A DNA stretch of 63,511 nucleotides, filler included. It is 6 parts of 6 records of this genome, joined end to end, with 100 filler letters (N's around TTAATTAATTAA, not from the genome) between each part and the next. Parts side by side here need not be neighbours in the genome. Positions count along the whole stretch, not along the records: positions 1 to 18,039 come from SRR20825019_2037; 5 more parts are not named here. The stretch is one strand, 5' to 3'. A model generated the notes under the pieces. It was not told where the DNA came from and ran no database searches. It worked only from the letters and a program-made list of their open reading frames with translations. Positions 6,237 to 18,139 of this stretch are shown here, one piece after another. Position 1 is the stretch's first letter, and every line of letters starts with the position of its first letter. The position numbers were made by a program, and so were the translations under genes.

Positions 6237-9209
6237 TTAAATTATTTTGGCGTTGTAGCTCATGGGTGAAACCTGCCGATCAAAATCAAGCGTATAATCG
6301 CCAAATCGGTTGATATGGTCCGTGCGGTATGGGGCCAGCCCTTTGAGAATATCGTGATCAATATGATGACCGCGCTCTTTGAGATCTTTAAGGGTTAACG
6401 TCATCGACTCCACATTGTGAAGAATGACCAGGTTGGCCACCAAGTGGTTATATTTGATCACCTTCCGTTGCTCGTGACGGATATTCTCGGCGATCACCCC
6501 CTCGCCGCCGAAGAACAGCCATTTCACGAACTGGTTGAACTCTTCCGTTTTGTTCGTCTCCGCATGAATGGTTCGCCGCAACTCCACGCTGCCAATGTAG
6601 TCCAGAAGAAAGGTTGTCCGAACGACCCTCCCCAGTTCCCGGAAAGCAAAGTAGAGTTTGTTCTTGAGGCTTGCGGTACCTAAACGTCGCAGTACCGTAG
6701 ACGGTGCGATTTTTCCAGCCTTAATCGATAGCGCCACCCGGAGCATGTCCGGCACATGGGTTTCAATCAGTTTCCAGTTGATAGTCTCGCTGAACAAAGC
6801 ATTGATGTGCTCATACCGTTGGCGTTTGTCAGACTTGTAGAACACCAGCTGCTTCAGATTCCGGATGCGGGGCATCAGGTTGATACCCAGCAGGTAAGCC
6901 AACCCGAAGACGGGCGCACTTTGCGCCTGAGTATCGCCATGCAAGGTGTCAGGCTGGATATCGGAGTCGTTTTTGATCAGTCCATCAAGGATGTAAATGG
7001 CCTCATAAACGCCGCAAGGAATGAAGTGGCTGAACAGCGCGATGTATTTGTCCGAGACGTGGTAGTAGCCCACCCCGCCATAGCCACCGTACCGTATGTG
7101 GTATTCCGATAGCAGATTCTGTTCGTACAGGTTCCATTTTGTGCCATCGGCGGCGGCCCGCTGGCCAGTTCCCCAGTGTCGCGGCAGCCGGTAGCGGTTG
7201 TAGGCATTGATAACCTGTACAATCGCCTGCTCCAGGCGCTCTTCGGTGACGTGCCGCAGGTTGAGCCAGGACACCTGCCGGCGATTAAGCGTCGTGATGG
7301 ATCGCGCGGTCTGAGTTGGCCCGAGATTGCAGCCATAGCAAAATAAGGTCGAAACAAAGCGGGTACGGGGGTCGTCCAGCTTGCCCTCAAATCCGGAAAG
7401 TGGCCCAAAGCGTTTGTGGAGGCCCAGCCATTTTTCGGCTTCCACCAGGATGTCGAGAATGTTCTTTTCGGGCATATTTTGGGATAACTGCTTATCAATC
7501 TCAGCTAACCCATCCGGAGGCGCTCTACGGCGGTGCTTCCGGATCACCAGATCTTCACCATGGAAGACGGCGTATTCATTCTCCGGGAAGCCACGGTCAA
7601 TGCGGTCGGCCGTTTCGCTCAACCGGGAGTGGGCTTGTACCACAAAAGCGGCTGGGTCGGATTCGATATCAATCATCGCACTGTAGTCCGCTATCTGGGC
7701 ATCATAGACACTCCAATCCACCAGCTGATCGCGGTAGTCACTGTACTGGTCGCTATTCGCGACCGCGAGATCGCCGGAAATCAGTTCACGCTTCACCTGT
7801 GTCAGTACGCCCAGCTCGAAATACTTCCGGTAGACCATCCCGGGGGGCAGCTGGCTTGGCCCGGTCCCCAATACCAAACGGCGCCAACGCTCCGGTAGCC
7901 AGGACACGTCGACGGGTTGACTACTGAGGACAAGGCATTCCTTACGGCTGTGCCGGTGCTTTTTCAGAGTCGCAATCGCCTCAATCAAAGATTGATCGTG
8001 GCTGGTTGCCGCCAGATCCAGTAGTTCAAGGCAATTGAATAACAGGGGGCGTAACGGGCGGTAGGGTTGCAGCATGAACGGGATGAAGTTATTGCCAGCA
8101 TAGGCCATGTGTTCCTCACACTCTGCCAGTAATTCATCAGGATCGCTCTGGATGGCAGCCGCCACTCGGGCACCTCGCTCGGAGTCCGTTGGCGCTTCCT
8201 GGACGGCGGTCAGTACGTCACGCAGTTGAGCCACCAGCCTGTCCATGCGTTTCATGTGATCCAGGTGATACTGGTTCAGGTTGGCTTCTGCCTTGGTTTT
8301 GATGTTGCGCATCTTGCGAACAAAGATGTCGACCGCATCGTCCATCGCGCGACGCAATTGGGCATGGACCAGCAGAACCATCAAAGCGTAGCGTTTGGTG
8401 CTTTGCATGGCCTTGATGTTGGCCGCGCCCAGCGCTCGTGCTTCCAGTATGAAGTGGTGATATTTGGCGGCGGGAATGTGATCAACAGCGGGCAATTGTT
8501 GACACCAACCCTGAAGCCATTCCAGGTGCTGAAGATACTTCTTCACTTCCGTATTGGTCGGCTTTTTGGGTTCCTGTTTCAACTTATGCCAACTGGTATG
8601 AGGGGAATCATCCGGCACTTGCAGCAACTGGTCAAATTCGTTTTTTTGATGCGCTGTCAAACCCACATTGAGCGTCCGAAAGTAACCGGTATTGACCGTG
8701 CTGCGAGCCTGACGCGCGGTCCGTTGCAACGTTGAAAAACCCGGTAACTCAAAACGCTGGCGCACCAGCTCTTCAATCACCACATTGATGATGTCCGCCA
8801 GGTCCTGCTTGGTGGTGGCCGCTTCACGCGCTAGTTCCCGTACAATTGCCTTGCCTTCAACGGTGAACGCCTTGATGCCCACCTGTTGACGAACCGTCTC
8901 CAGCATCCGCTGACGGGCGCCGCCATTGCGGTCGTAGACCCTGAGCTGGCTCAATGCGAGATGTGAAAGGTCGTCGCACGCCAGAATGTGCGTTGTAATG
9001 GATTGGGGAACGGCTTTGAGATGGACAAAGTAGCCCAGACGCTGCACTGTTTTCAGGAGAATGAGTAGGGCGCCACGAGCAGCCGGAGTTCGACCGTGCT
9101 TTCGGGCAAAGGATCGTTCCTGGGTAGAGGGTGTATAAATTTCTGCCAGTTCTTGATCCGAGACCACCGCCTTCAATCGCGGATAGGCGGTTTCATGGAG
9201 GCTACTCAT
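6237..9209 (-). CDS. tnpA: Tn3-family transposase, apparently intact
   Basis: 990 aa; HETAYPRL N-terminus; DDE-region motifs AADGT, YHIRYGGYGG, HGDTQ, TNKTEE, HINRFGDY. Confidence 0.95.
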   Translation of the reverse strand: MSSLHETAYPRLKAVVSDQELAEIYTPSTQERSFARKHGRTPAARGALLILLKTVQRLGYFVHLKAVPQSITTHILACDDLSHLALSQLRVYDRNGGARQRMLETVRQQVGIKAFTVEGKAIVRELAREAATTKQDLADIINVVIEELVRQRFELPGFSTLQRTARQARSTVNTGYFRTLNVGLTAHQKNEFDQLLQVPDDSPHTSWHKLKQEPKKPTNTEVKKYLQHLEWLQGWCQQLPAVDHIPAAKYHHFILEARALGAANIKAMQSTKRYALMVLLVHAQLRRAMDDAVDIFVRKMRNIKTKAEANLNQYHLDHMKRMDRLVAQLRDVLTAVQEAPTDSERGARVAAAIQSDPDELLAECEEHMAYAGNNFIPFMLQPYRPLRPLLFNCLELLDLAATSHDQSLIEAIATLKKHRHSRKECLVLSSQPVDVSWLPERWRRLVLGTGPSQLPPGMVYRKYFELGVLTQVKRELISGDLAVANSDQYSDYRDQLVDWSVYDAQIADYSAMIDIESDPAAFVVQAHSRLSETADRIDRGFPENEYAVFHGEDLVIRKHRRRAPPDGLAEIDKQLSQNMPEKNILDILVEAEKWLGLHKRFGPLSGFEGKLDDPRTRFVSTLFCYGCNLGPTQTARSITTLNRRQVSWLNLRHVTEERLEQAIVQVINAYNRYRLPRHWGTGQRAAADGTKWNLYEQNLLSEYHIRYGGYGGVGYYHVSDKYIALFSHFIPCGVYEAIYILDGLIKNDSDIQPDTLHGDTQAQSAPVFGLAYLLGINLMPRIRNLKQLVFYKSDKRQRYEHINALFSETINWKLIETHVPDMLRVALSIKAGKIAPSTVLRRLGTASLKNKLYFAFRELGRVVRTTFLLDYIGSVELRRTIHAETNKTEEFNQFVKWLFFGGEGVIAENIRHEQRKVIKYNHLVANLVILHNVESMTLTLKDLKERGHHIDHDILKGLAPYRTDHINRFGDYTLDFDRQVSPMSYNAKII

Positions 9210-9441
9210 ACGCAGTTCTTCGCTATGGGGTTCCAGTGAAAGGCATTAGCCCACAGTACTTTCGCTCTTGAGGGGGGCATTGCTTATAGTAGGCAGCAAT
9301 TCGTCAAGACCAAAGGAACCGCCCGTTATTTTGTGAACGCCACGCTCGCTTTACGTTACGGGATTATTCGGTCATCGATCGCCGGTTCCCCGATTTATTG
9401 AATCGTTACACCACACCGCAGACTGATTCGAGCTATGGCCA

Positions 9442-9728
9442 TTGAGCATCTTTCCCCCCCCACTGATCATTCACACCTACCAACGCCTTTCTAGTGCCCA
9501 GCTAATCGCTCTGGCAGGGACCGGGCTAACGACGGTGGCGCTGGCGCCGCTGGCCCATGACTGACGGGCGGCAGTGCGGGCCAGGTGCTCGGCATTGCGC
9601 TGGCCCTGAAGATGATTGCCTACGCCCTAATAGCACCTCTGTTTGGGGCTGTTGCCCAAAAACTTCCCCGCCGTACTCTGCTGGTCACACTGGACATTCT
9701 GAGGGCCTGCGGGGTTGCCCTTTGTCAC
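9442..9728 (+). pseudogene. NreB-like MFS transporter, 5' fragment, frameshifted
   Basis: TYQRLSSAQLIALAGTGLTTVALAPLAHD*, then in another frame GGSAGQVLGIALALKMIAYALIAPLFGAVAQKLPRRTLLVTLDILRA; matches the N-terminus of NreB-type nickel MFS exporters. Confidence 0.65.
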
Positions 9729-10189
9729 TGAGGTTTGGCAGGGGGCCCACTCTGGCTAGGGTAGGTACAAAATTTTCGCCCAACCCCTTCATGTAATGAC
9801 GCAATTAAGGGGCACGAGATATTGCCCTCTTGGGCGCAGCACCGATCAACCATGGCGCTCAGTAAAACCTCAATTTGCTGTAGCTTTTCGATCTTCCCAC
9901 GTACGTCGTGCAACTTGCGCTCCGCGAGAGTGCTGGCTTCCTGGCAGTGGGTGCCGTCTTCGAGTCGGAGCAGGTCGCTGACCTCATCGAGACTGAAGCC
10001 TAACTGCTGCGATGTTTTCACAAAGCTCAACCTGCCGATATCGCTGGGACCGTAGCGTCGAATACCCCCGAGAGGACGCTGGGGCTCAGGTATTAACCCA
10101 CGTCGCTGGTAGTAGCGGATGGTCTCAACTGAGACGTTCGCCGCCTTAGCCAGCCCCCCGATGGTCAATGAGTTCATTTCATCCGGCAT
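9725..10189 (-). CDS. merR: Hg(II)-responsive regulator MerR
   Basis: [28 protein letters not shown]; Hg-ligand cysteines in GTHC, RCC and SCPLI; divergent mer operator. Confidence 0.9.
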   Translation of the reverse strand: MPDEMNSLTIGGLAKAANVSVETIRYYQRRGLIPEPQRPLGGIRRYGPSDIGRLSFVKTSQQLGFSLDEVSDLLRLEDGTHCQEASTLAERKLHDVRGKIEKLQQIEVLLSAMVDRCCAQEGNISCPLIASLHEGVGRKFCTYPSQSGPPAKPQ

Positions 10190-10194
10190 TTGCC

Positions 10195-10225
10195 TTGACT
10201 CCGTAGTTGACTACGGCCTCAAGCT
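10195..10225 (+). promoter_or_regulatory. mer operator/promoter
   Basis: -35 TTGACT; dyad CCGTAG-TTGA-CTACGG inside a 19-bp spacer; -10 position reads CAAGCT (degenerate). Confidence 0.85.
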
Positions 10226-10262
10226 TAACCTATCGAACAAGGCCGTAGAAGGTGTAATTGCA

Positions 10263-10408
10263 ATATCAGAGTTGAATTCCGAGTCACAATCCGGTCGCGA
10301 GTCGTTAATCGCAGGCGGGGTTGCAGCCTGCTCGCGTCGGCCTGCTGTCTGGGCACCTTGGCCCTGATCGCCCTGGGGGGTTCCGGTGCCTGGATCGGCA
10401 ACCTGGCG
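10263..10408 (+). pseudogene. merT: merT 5' remnant
   Basis: SGRESLIAGGVAA / frameshift / LASACCLGTLALIALGGSGAWIGNL; no ATG (ATA follows the RBS); truncated by ISL3 sequence. Confidence 0.8.
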
Positions 10409-11089
10409 AAGTCTGCGAGGTACCGCAAGTGCGCACCGCTTCGAGACACCCCGCTACCTAGGTATCGACGAGCTGTACCTGAACCGCCGCTACCTCTGCA
10501 TCCTGACCAACCTGGAGGAGCGTACCTTGTTAGACCTGCTGCCCGGTCGTCAGCAGGAGGCAGTGACGAAGCGGCTCATGAGCATGACCGAGCGCGACAA
10601 GATCGAGATCGTCAGCATGGACATGTGGAAGCCATATCGCCGTGCCGTCCAGGCGGCGCTGCCACAGGCCCGCATCGTGGTCGATAAGTTCCATGTTGTG
10701 CGTATGGCCAACGAAGCCCTGGAGAAGGTCCGCAAGGGGCTCAGGAAGGAGCTGAAGGCCAACCAACGCCGAACCCTCAAGGGTGACCGGAAGACCTTGC
10801 TGAAGCGGGCTCACGACGTCTCCGACCGCGAACGTCTCATCATGGAAACCTGAATGGGGGCCTTCCCCCAGCTCCTGGCAGCCTACGAGCACAAGGAGCG
10901 GTTCTACCACATCTGGGACTGTGCCAGCCGGCGAGATGCTGAGCAGGCGCTGGCTGCCTGGATTGACGACATCCCAGTCACCAATGCCTTCACGGAGTCG
11001 ATCAACCGGCTGGCCAAGGACAAGAACCGCGATGGCCGGGGCTACTCATTCGAGGTGATGCGGGCCCGGATGCTCTACACCACCAAGCA
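10409..11089 (+). pseudogene. ISL3-family transposase fragment (ISPpu12-like)
   Basis: LGIDELYL, SMDMW, VVDKFHVV and TNAFTESIN motifs; in-frame TGA at 10851; apparent internal deletion; cut by the Tn3 IR at 11090. Confidence 0.85.
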
Positions 11090-11127
11090 GGGGTCAGTTC
11101 ACGAAACGGAAAAAATTGTACGCTAAG
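11090..11127 (+). repeat. 38-bp Tn21/Tn501-type terminal inverted repeat
   Basis: GGGGTCAGTTCACGAAACGGAAAAAATTGTACGCTAAG: exactly 38 bp, GGGG start and CGCTAAG end. Confidence 0.9.
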
Positions 11128-11371
11128 CCTTTGGCATCAATGATATCGACACCATTTTTTCCACAATTCATAAAGTTGCGCAGTAATTAGTCGACGACTG
11201 GCCCTTGCTAAATAATTTTCATTTCAGCATGAGTTGTGCTTTAAAAATTCAATTCTGCAACTACACTCATTGGGCGAACAGAGCGAGAAATCCGCCGTTA
11301 ATTCCAATAGCGGGTACGCGAATGAATATCAGGGTAATCCCCCCATTTTTAGCGGGGTTCAAAAGTAGACC

Positions 11372-12199
11372 TTAGGCCATCATGGCCAACTTCTGTTGAG
11401 GGGTAATCCCTCCGAGTCCCATATTGGGTCGTTCGTGATTGTAGTGCCAGAGCCAGCGAGTGGCATAGTCCTGGACTTCTTCAGTGCTGTCGAACAAATA
11501 CTGCGCCAGCCAATCGTAACGGACTGTTCGGTTGTAGCGTTCAATATAGGCATTCTGCTGCGGTTTGCCCGGCTGGATAAACGCCAGCTTGATGTCTTGT
11601 TTGTCGGCCCAGGCTGACAGCTTGCCGCTGATGTACTCAGGACCGTTGTCACAGCGAATAGAGCGCGGTTTCCCACGCCACTCAATGATCTGCTCCAGTG
11701 ATCGGATAACCCGCTCTGCCGGAAGCGAGAAGTCCACTTCGATGCCAAGGCCTTCCCGGTTAAAGTCATCAATCACATTCAGCAGTCGGTAACTGCGACC
11801 GTCGTTAAGCTGGTCGTGCATGAAGTCCATCGACCAACTGTCATTGATGATTTCCGGCACGGCCAAGGGTTCAGGCTTTTCACGAACCAGGCGCTTTTTA
11901 GGTTTGATTCGCAGATTCAGTTCCAGCTCCCGATAAATCCGGTAAACCCGTTTGTGATTCCAGGCAAAGCCTTTCACATTGCGCAAATGCAGGAAACACA
12001 GACCAAAGCCCCAGTTCCGCTGGTTATGGGTCAGTCGGATCAGCCAGTCCGCGATTTCGGCATTCTCGCTGCTGAGCTTTGCCCGGTAGCGATAGCAGGT
12101 CTCGCTGATGCTGAACATCCAGCAAGCCAGGCGAATACTGACGTGCTTCTCATTGACGGCTTTCTGCGCCATCTCACGGCGACGAGACGGCTTTACCAC
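11372..12199 (-). CDS. IS3 transposase OrfB (DDE integrase core)
   Basis: WSMDF, DNGPEY and [14 protein letters not shown] motifs. Confidence 0.92.
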   Translation of the reverse strand: MVKPSRRREMAQKAVNEKHVSIRLACWMFSISETCYRYRAKLSSENAEIADWLIRLTHNQRNWGFGLCFLHLRNVKGFAWNHKRVYRIYRELELNLRIKPKKRLVREKPEPLAVPEIINDSWSMDFMHDQLNDGRSYRLLNVIDDFNREGLGIEVDFSLPAERVIRSLEQIIEWRGKPRSIRCDNGPEYISGKLSAWADKQDIKLAFIQPGKPQQNAYIERYNRTVRYDWLAQYLFDSTEEVQDYATRWLWHYNHERPNMGLGGITPQQKLAMMA

Positions 12200-12459
12200 T
12201 TTTTTTCGATAGCTTCCTTGAGGATGTCAGCCTTCAATCGTTCCTCGGCATACATCTTCTTGAGCCGGCGGTTTTCATCCTCCAGCTCTTTCAAGCGAGC
12301 CATCATGGACGCGTCCATGCCACCGAACTTGGCCCGCCATTTATAAAAACTGGCGTTGCTCATGCCGTGCTCTCGGCACAGCTCCGGGACCGGCACGCCG
12401 TTCTCGGCTTGCTTGAGGATCGACAGGATCTGGCTGTCGGAAAAACGTGACTTCTTCAT
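12193..12459 (-). CDS. IS3 transposase OrfA
   Basis: [21 protein letters not shown]...[15 protein letters not shown]; ends at the AAAAAAAG -1 frameshift motif. Confidence 0.9.
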   Translation of the reverse strand: MKKSRFSDSQILSILKQAENGVPVPELCREHGMSNASFYKWRAKFGGMDASMMARLKELEDENRRLKKMYAEERLKADILKEAIEKKW

Positions 12460-12532
12460 GCAGAATCTCCCTGCGTCTAGCTTACGGAAAATTCTACTTT
12501 TGATCACCGCTGTTTTTCGGGGGGATTACCGC

Positions 12533-12697
12533 CCGTTATCGCCAGTTCTGGCAAACCTGTTTCTGCATTATGCATTGGATCGTTGGCTGACCGTTCGTCA
12601 TCCGGATATCCCATTCTGCCGATATGCAGATGACGGAATACTGCGTTGTCGAAGTGAGCGTGAGGCTCAGTATCTGCATTCCCAGCTAGATATGCGT
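12533..12697 (+). pseudogene. Group II intron reverse transcriptase fragment
   Basis: LSPVLANLFLHYALDRW...FCRYADDG (RT domains 4-5; YADD at 12623-12634); cut on the left by the IS3. Confidence 0.82.
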
Positions 12698-12713
12698 GAG
12701 GTGGACCCAATAG

Positions 12714-13574
12714 CTATTCACAGAGATGCCCAACAAACGAGTATACTGGCCTGTGTTTGTCCAGGCTGCTCGGATAAATCACCATCAGCTCCTTGCTAAG
12801 GCCAGGCTCACTCACGGGAATAGCCACCAGACTTCCATTTTGGACCTCCTCCCGTACAGAACTTTCAAGCACCAACGATGCGCCAAGTCCGACCTTAACC
12901 GCTTGCTTGACGGCTTCGGTGCTACCCAGCTGCATAGATACCGTCGGAAATGGCCCATGCTCACCGAAGTAGGTCGCCAAAAGCCGGCCAGTGCCGGTGC
13001 CGGGTTCGCCGCCGATCAGAGCCATGTTAGACAGCGTATCGCGGTCGATATCGGTTCGACGGGCTAACGGGTGACCAGGCGGAACGATTAGAACAACGGG
13101 CTCGTTACGCCACGCCTGAGCATGGAATCCGGGTAGATCATGCCACCACTCCATAATCGCCACGTCCAGCTCACCGTCCGATAAATGCCGTGCAATAGTC
13201 GGATTGGAATCTATTACCACATCCACCTCGGGCCCTACGCCCAGCTCCTTGTAACGACGGATGTAGGGCTGGAGCATATAAATCCCAATATTGGAGCTCG
13301 CCCCAACGCGAAGTCGAGCCTCCATAATGGAAGATCTCGCCTGCTCCTCCAGCCGGAGCAGACTTCGGGCAAAAGGCAACAAGGTTAAGGCAGCCCGGGT
13401 TGGCTCACAGCCAGAGCGCCCCCTGTGGACCAATAAAACGCCAAGTTGGTTTTCGAGTTTTTGAAGGTGCTGGGACAGTGTGGGTTGTGCGATGTCCAAC
13501 TGGCGGGCTGCGGCCTGAAACCCGTTGTGGTCCAGCACCGCCACGAAACTCTTCAGCCAGACAAGATTCAGCAT
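12714..13574 (-). CDS. ptxE: LysR-family regulator PtxE
   Basis: LysR HTH ([20 protein letters not shown]); overlaps the ptxD stop. Confidence 0.88.
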   Translation of the reverse strand: MLNLVWLKSFVAVLDHNGFQAAARQLDIAQPTLSQHLQKLENQLGVLLVHRGRSGCEPTRAALTLLPFARSLLRLEEQARSSIMEARLRVGASSNIGIYMLQPYIRRYKELGVGPEVDVVIDSNPTIARHLSDGELDVAIMEWWHDLPGFHAQAWRNEPVVLIVPPGHPLARRTDIDRDTLSNMALIGGEPGTGTGRLLATYFGEHGPFPTVSMQLGSTEAVKQAVKVGLGASLVLESSVREEVQNGSLVAIPVSEPGLSKELMVIYPSSLDKHRPVYSFVGHLCE

Positions 13575-14578
13575 GGGCCGCTCTCGCGGCCACTGGGATC
13601 ATTGATCGCATCATCCGGCCGCTCACCCCGAAGCACTTGCAGAATGTTCCGAGCAGCGCGTTGCTCGATAGCCAGACGCACCTGGCTGACTGCCGATCCG
13701 ATGTGAGCAGTAAACAGCGTGTTGGGGTGGGCCCTGAGCCCCTGGGCGATCTCCCTCGGACGATCTTCTCTCGCCCAATCTTCCATCTCAAACACATCAG
13801 CGGCGTACCCCCCCAACTGACCGGATTGAAGCGCTTGCAGAACACTACCCTCATCCACCACAGATCCACGGCAGGGATTGATAAGGAATGCGCCCGGTTT
13901 CATTCCTGTTAGCGTTTCGCGATTAATGGTGTGGAGGGTTTGCTCATTGAGCGCCAGTGCCAGGATCACAATATCTGACTGGGCCAGCAGCATCTTGAGG
14001 GGAGTATGGGACAAACCCAGTGCCTGCTCATGCTGCACGGGTAAACGTTCCGGCTGGGAATAGATTAAATCCGCTCCCCATCCGTTCAGGCGCTGCGCCA
14101 CCGCTTGGCCGATGGCCCCCATACCCACAATACCAATCCGTGAGCCTTCGATCCCCTGCCCATAGAAGCGTGGTGTCCAGCCAGTAAATTCACCGGATCG
14201 AACGAAGTGGTCCGCCGCCTTGACTTGTCGGGTGAGACTGATCGTCAGCCCGACCGTTAGCTCTGCAGTAGGCACGGTTAGCAAATCCGGTACAAATGTC
14301 AGCCAAACCCCATGACGCGTGCAGGCATCCACATCAAAGTTGTCATAGCCTTTCAGGGCTGCACCAATCACCTTCAAGCGCGGACACCCCTGTAGGAACT
14401 CCACTCCAACTCGGTCTGGCATGAACGCCATCATCGCATCAGCGTCTGCAACGCGCGCAGCCACTTCCTCCTGGGGCAACGTGGCGCCGGATTGGTTGGT
14501 GACCAGCTCGCAATCTTGGGCAAGTTCATCCAGAACACTGTCATGGATCTTATGGGTTATCACAACCTTGGGTTTCAT
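13568..14578 (-). CDS. ptxD: Phosphite dehydrogenase
   Basis: 336 aa; K76, R237, E266 and H292 at canonical PtxD positions; GMGAIG Rossmann motif; DVFEMEDW. Confidence 0.96.
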   Translation of the reverse strand: MKPKVVITHKIHDSVLDELAQDCELVTNQSGATLPQEEVAARVADADAMMAFMPDRVGVEFLQGCPRLKVIGAALKGYDNFDVDACTRHGVWLTFVPDLLTVPTAELTVGLTISLTRQVKAADHFVRSGEFTGWTPRFYGQGIEGSRIGIVGMGAIGQAVAQRLNGWGADLIYSQPERLPVQHEQALGLSHTPLKMLLAQSDIVILALALNEQTLHTINRETLTGMKPGAFLINPCRGSVVDEGSVLQALQSGQLGGYAADVFEMEDWAREDRPREIAQGLRAHPNTLFTAHIGSAVSQVRLAIEQRAARNILQVLRGERPDDAINDPSGRESGPC

Positions 14579-14587
14579 CGACGTTCC

Positions 14588-15418
14588 TTATTTGAATTTC
14601 TTACGAAGGCGGCCACTGAGACTGTCCACGACGGTGACCATCAACAAGATGACAATGAGAATGGCGCTGACTTCCTGATACTGCATGATTCTCAGCGAGC
14701 CCATCAATTCGAAGCCAATACCACCGGCACCCACCATGCCCATTACGGTCGAGGCACGGAAATTGTATTCCCAGCGATAAATGGACACGTCCGCGAATTG
14801 AGGAAGTGCTTGTGGCAGCACGGCGTGATAGAGCACCTGCAAGCGAGTAGCGCCGGCAGCATCGGCCGCTTCCACTGGCGCCTCATCTACATGCTCAATC
14901 GCTTCGGCAAAAAACTTTCCAACCATGCCAATGGAGTGAAGACCGAGCGCCAGTACGCCAGGCAACGCCCCAAAACCAACAGCAGCCACGAAGATGATGC
15001 CCATGATCAGTTCCGGGACTGAACGCAAACCGTTTAAAAGGGTTCGAGTTACTTGGAACACCACCGGATGTGGAGAGGTGTTGCGCGCAGCCAGGAATGC
15101 CAGTGGCACAGACAAGGTTACTGCAATGGCAGTACCGGCAATGCTCATCGCAAGCGTGTCGATTAACGGCGACACCCAGCTGGCCACATTGGTGAAGTCA
15201 GGTGGAAGAGATTCGCCAATGAGTGTGCCTATGGCTGGCACGCCATTGGCAAGTGTATTGAAATTGAGCAGCCCTACGTACCAACTTGCGACAAAAATGA
15301 TGAGCAGCACTAACAGCGACTGTCCGAGTTTTTTCCGCCAGCCTTTCGCGTGCTCATCCAGCACGGAGGCCGACGGGGCCGGCGACAGAGTCGCCGGTTC
15401 CGTCGTTGTATAGTTCAT
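14588..15418 (-). CDS. ptxC: Phosphite ABC transporter permease (PhnE family)
   Basis: RSVPEL, GKFFAEAIEHVD, YRWEYNFRAS; start at MNYTT with GAGGAG RBS. Confidence 0.92.
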   Translation of the reverse strand: MNYTTTEPATLSPAPSASVLDEHAKGWRKKLGQSLLVLLIIFVASWYVGLLNFNTLANGVPAIGTLIGESLPPDFTNVASWVSPLIDTLAMSIAGTAIAVTLSVPLAFLAARNTSPHPVVFQVTRTLLNGLRSVPELIMGIIFVAAVGFGALPGVLALGLHSIGMVGKFFAEAIEHVDEAPVEAADAAGATRLQVLYHAVLPQALPQFADVSIYRWEYNFRASTVMGMVGAGGIGFELMGSLRIMQYQEVSAILIVILLMVTVVDSLSGRLRKKFK

Positions 15419-15428
15419 GGGGCACTCC

Positions 15429-17134
<1,706 letters not shown>

Positions 17135-17185
17135 AGGATCACCTTTTGCAATAAATAAGCTCGCCGTATTGCGAGTTACAATTGA

Positions 17186-17230
17186 ACGGTAAAGCTGAGA
17201 GATGACACTGTCGTGTCACTGACGTGACAG
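17186..17230 (-). promoter_or_regulatory. Pho-box promoter of ptxABCDE
   Basis: Minus strand CTGTCAC-GTCA-GTGACAC-GACA-GTGTCAT (three heptamers at 11-bp period), then exactly 10 nt to a -10-like TACCGT. Confidence 0.8.
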
Positions 17231-17330
17231 GTTGATGAAGTGCTTTTGGTTCGCAAGGATTTTCCGAAGGGCTCTGTGAAATACATGGAGCTCAGCCAAA
17301 GTGGAACGAGCCACCCAGGAGCTTAAGCAA

Positions 17331-17560
17331 CAAAAATTGCGTTCCACCGTCAGTCGGCGAATCTCACGGTACAGTTCGTCCGTGCTGAGTTCATCGAATT
17401 GCTTACCGACTATACTCTTGCCTTCGAGGAGGTCGGACGCGCTCTCCAATAGGTCGCGCTTCCAGGTGCTGACTATGGTGGGGTGGATCTGGAAACGGGC
17501 AGCAATTCAAGGTGTGGCCTTAAGGGTGGGCAAGGACAGCCTTGCACTTACTAATTCGAA
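17331..17560 (-). pseudogene. Degenerate IS3-family OrfA remnant
   Basis: IAARFQIHPTIVSTWKRDLLESASDLL...DELYREIRRLTVERNF resembles OrfA HTH plus leucine zipper; stop upstream, no orfB. Confidence 0.65.
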
Positions 17561-17567
17561 ATAAAGT

Positions 17568-17996
17568 AAGCAGGGCACTGTCACCGCATCACTGATGCTG
17601 CGCAAGCTCGGGAGCTATCCGCGTCAGAATGGCCTCGCGATCGCATTGCGCGAGCTGGGCCGCATTGAGCGAACATTATTCGCACTCGACTGGATGCAAA
17701 ACGTCGAACTGCGTCGCCGCGTGCAGGTTGGTTTGAATAAGGGCGAGGCTAAGAACGCGCTGGCTCGTGCCGTCTTCCTGAACCGGCTCGGTGAACTCCG
17801 CGATCGCAGTTACGAGAATCAACGCTACCGTGCAAGCGGACTCAATCTCGTCGTCAGCGCTATTATCCTTTGGAATACGGTTTATATGGAGCGGGCGGTT
17901 CAAGCACTGCGCGAAGACGGCCGGGATATCGACGAGACGCTTCTGCGGCATCTTTCTCCCTTGGGCTGGGAGCACATCAACCTGACCGGCGACTAT
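17568..17996 (+). pseudogene. tnpA: Tn21-subgroup Tn3 transposase, C-terminal fragment
   Basis: [24 protein letters not shown]...[13 protein letters not shown]...[14 protein letters not shown]; lacks the N-terminal portion and diverges after GDY. Confidence 0.9.
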
Positions 17997-18039
17997 AAAG
18001 GATGTCAAACAACTATCCTGCTGCGCGGGATAAGGCAAG

Positions 18040-18139
18040 NNNNNNNNNNNNNNNNNNNNNNNNNNNNNNNNNNNNNNNNNNNNTTAATTAATTAANNNNN
18101 NNNNNNNNNNNNNNNNNNNNNNNNNNNNNNNNNNNNNNN
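18040..18139. other. Artificial contig spacer
   Basis: N44-TTAATTAATTAA-N44, stops in all six frames. Confidence 0.99.

Larger units (their letters stand above)
11333..12530 (-). mobile_element. IS3-family insertion sequence (IS407-group-like)
   Basis: Imperfect terminal IRs GGTAATCCCCCC...AGCGG..TCAAAAGTAGA at both ends; orfA/orfB with A7G slippery site; no flanking duplication seen. Confidence 0.9.

Noticed and set aside
9725-10408. Functional mercury resistance operon
   Set aside because: merT is broken and merP/merA are absent in this contig
12356-12799. 147-aa ORF with YADD as a retron, DGR or defence RT
   Set aside because: Chimeric frame of IS3 antisense sequence, about 55 RT codons and ptxE antisense; too short to be functional, with no ncRNA or template/variable repeats
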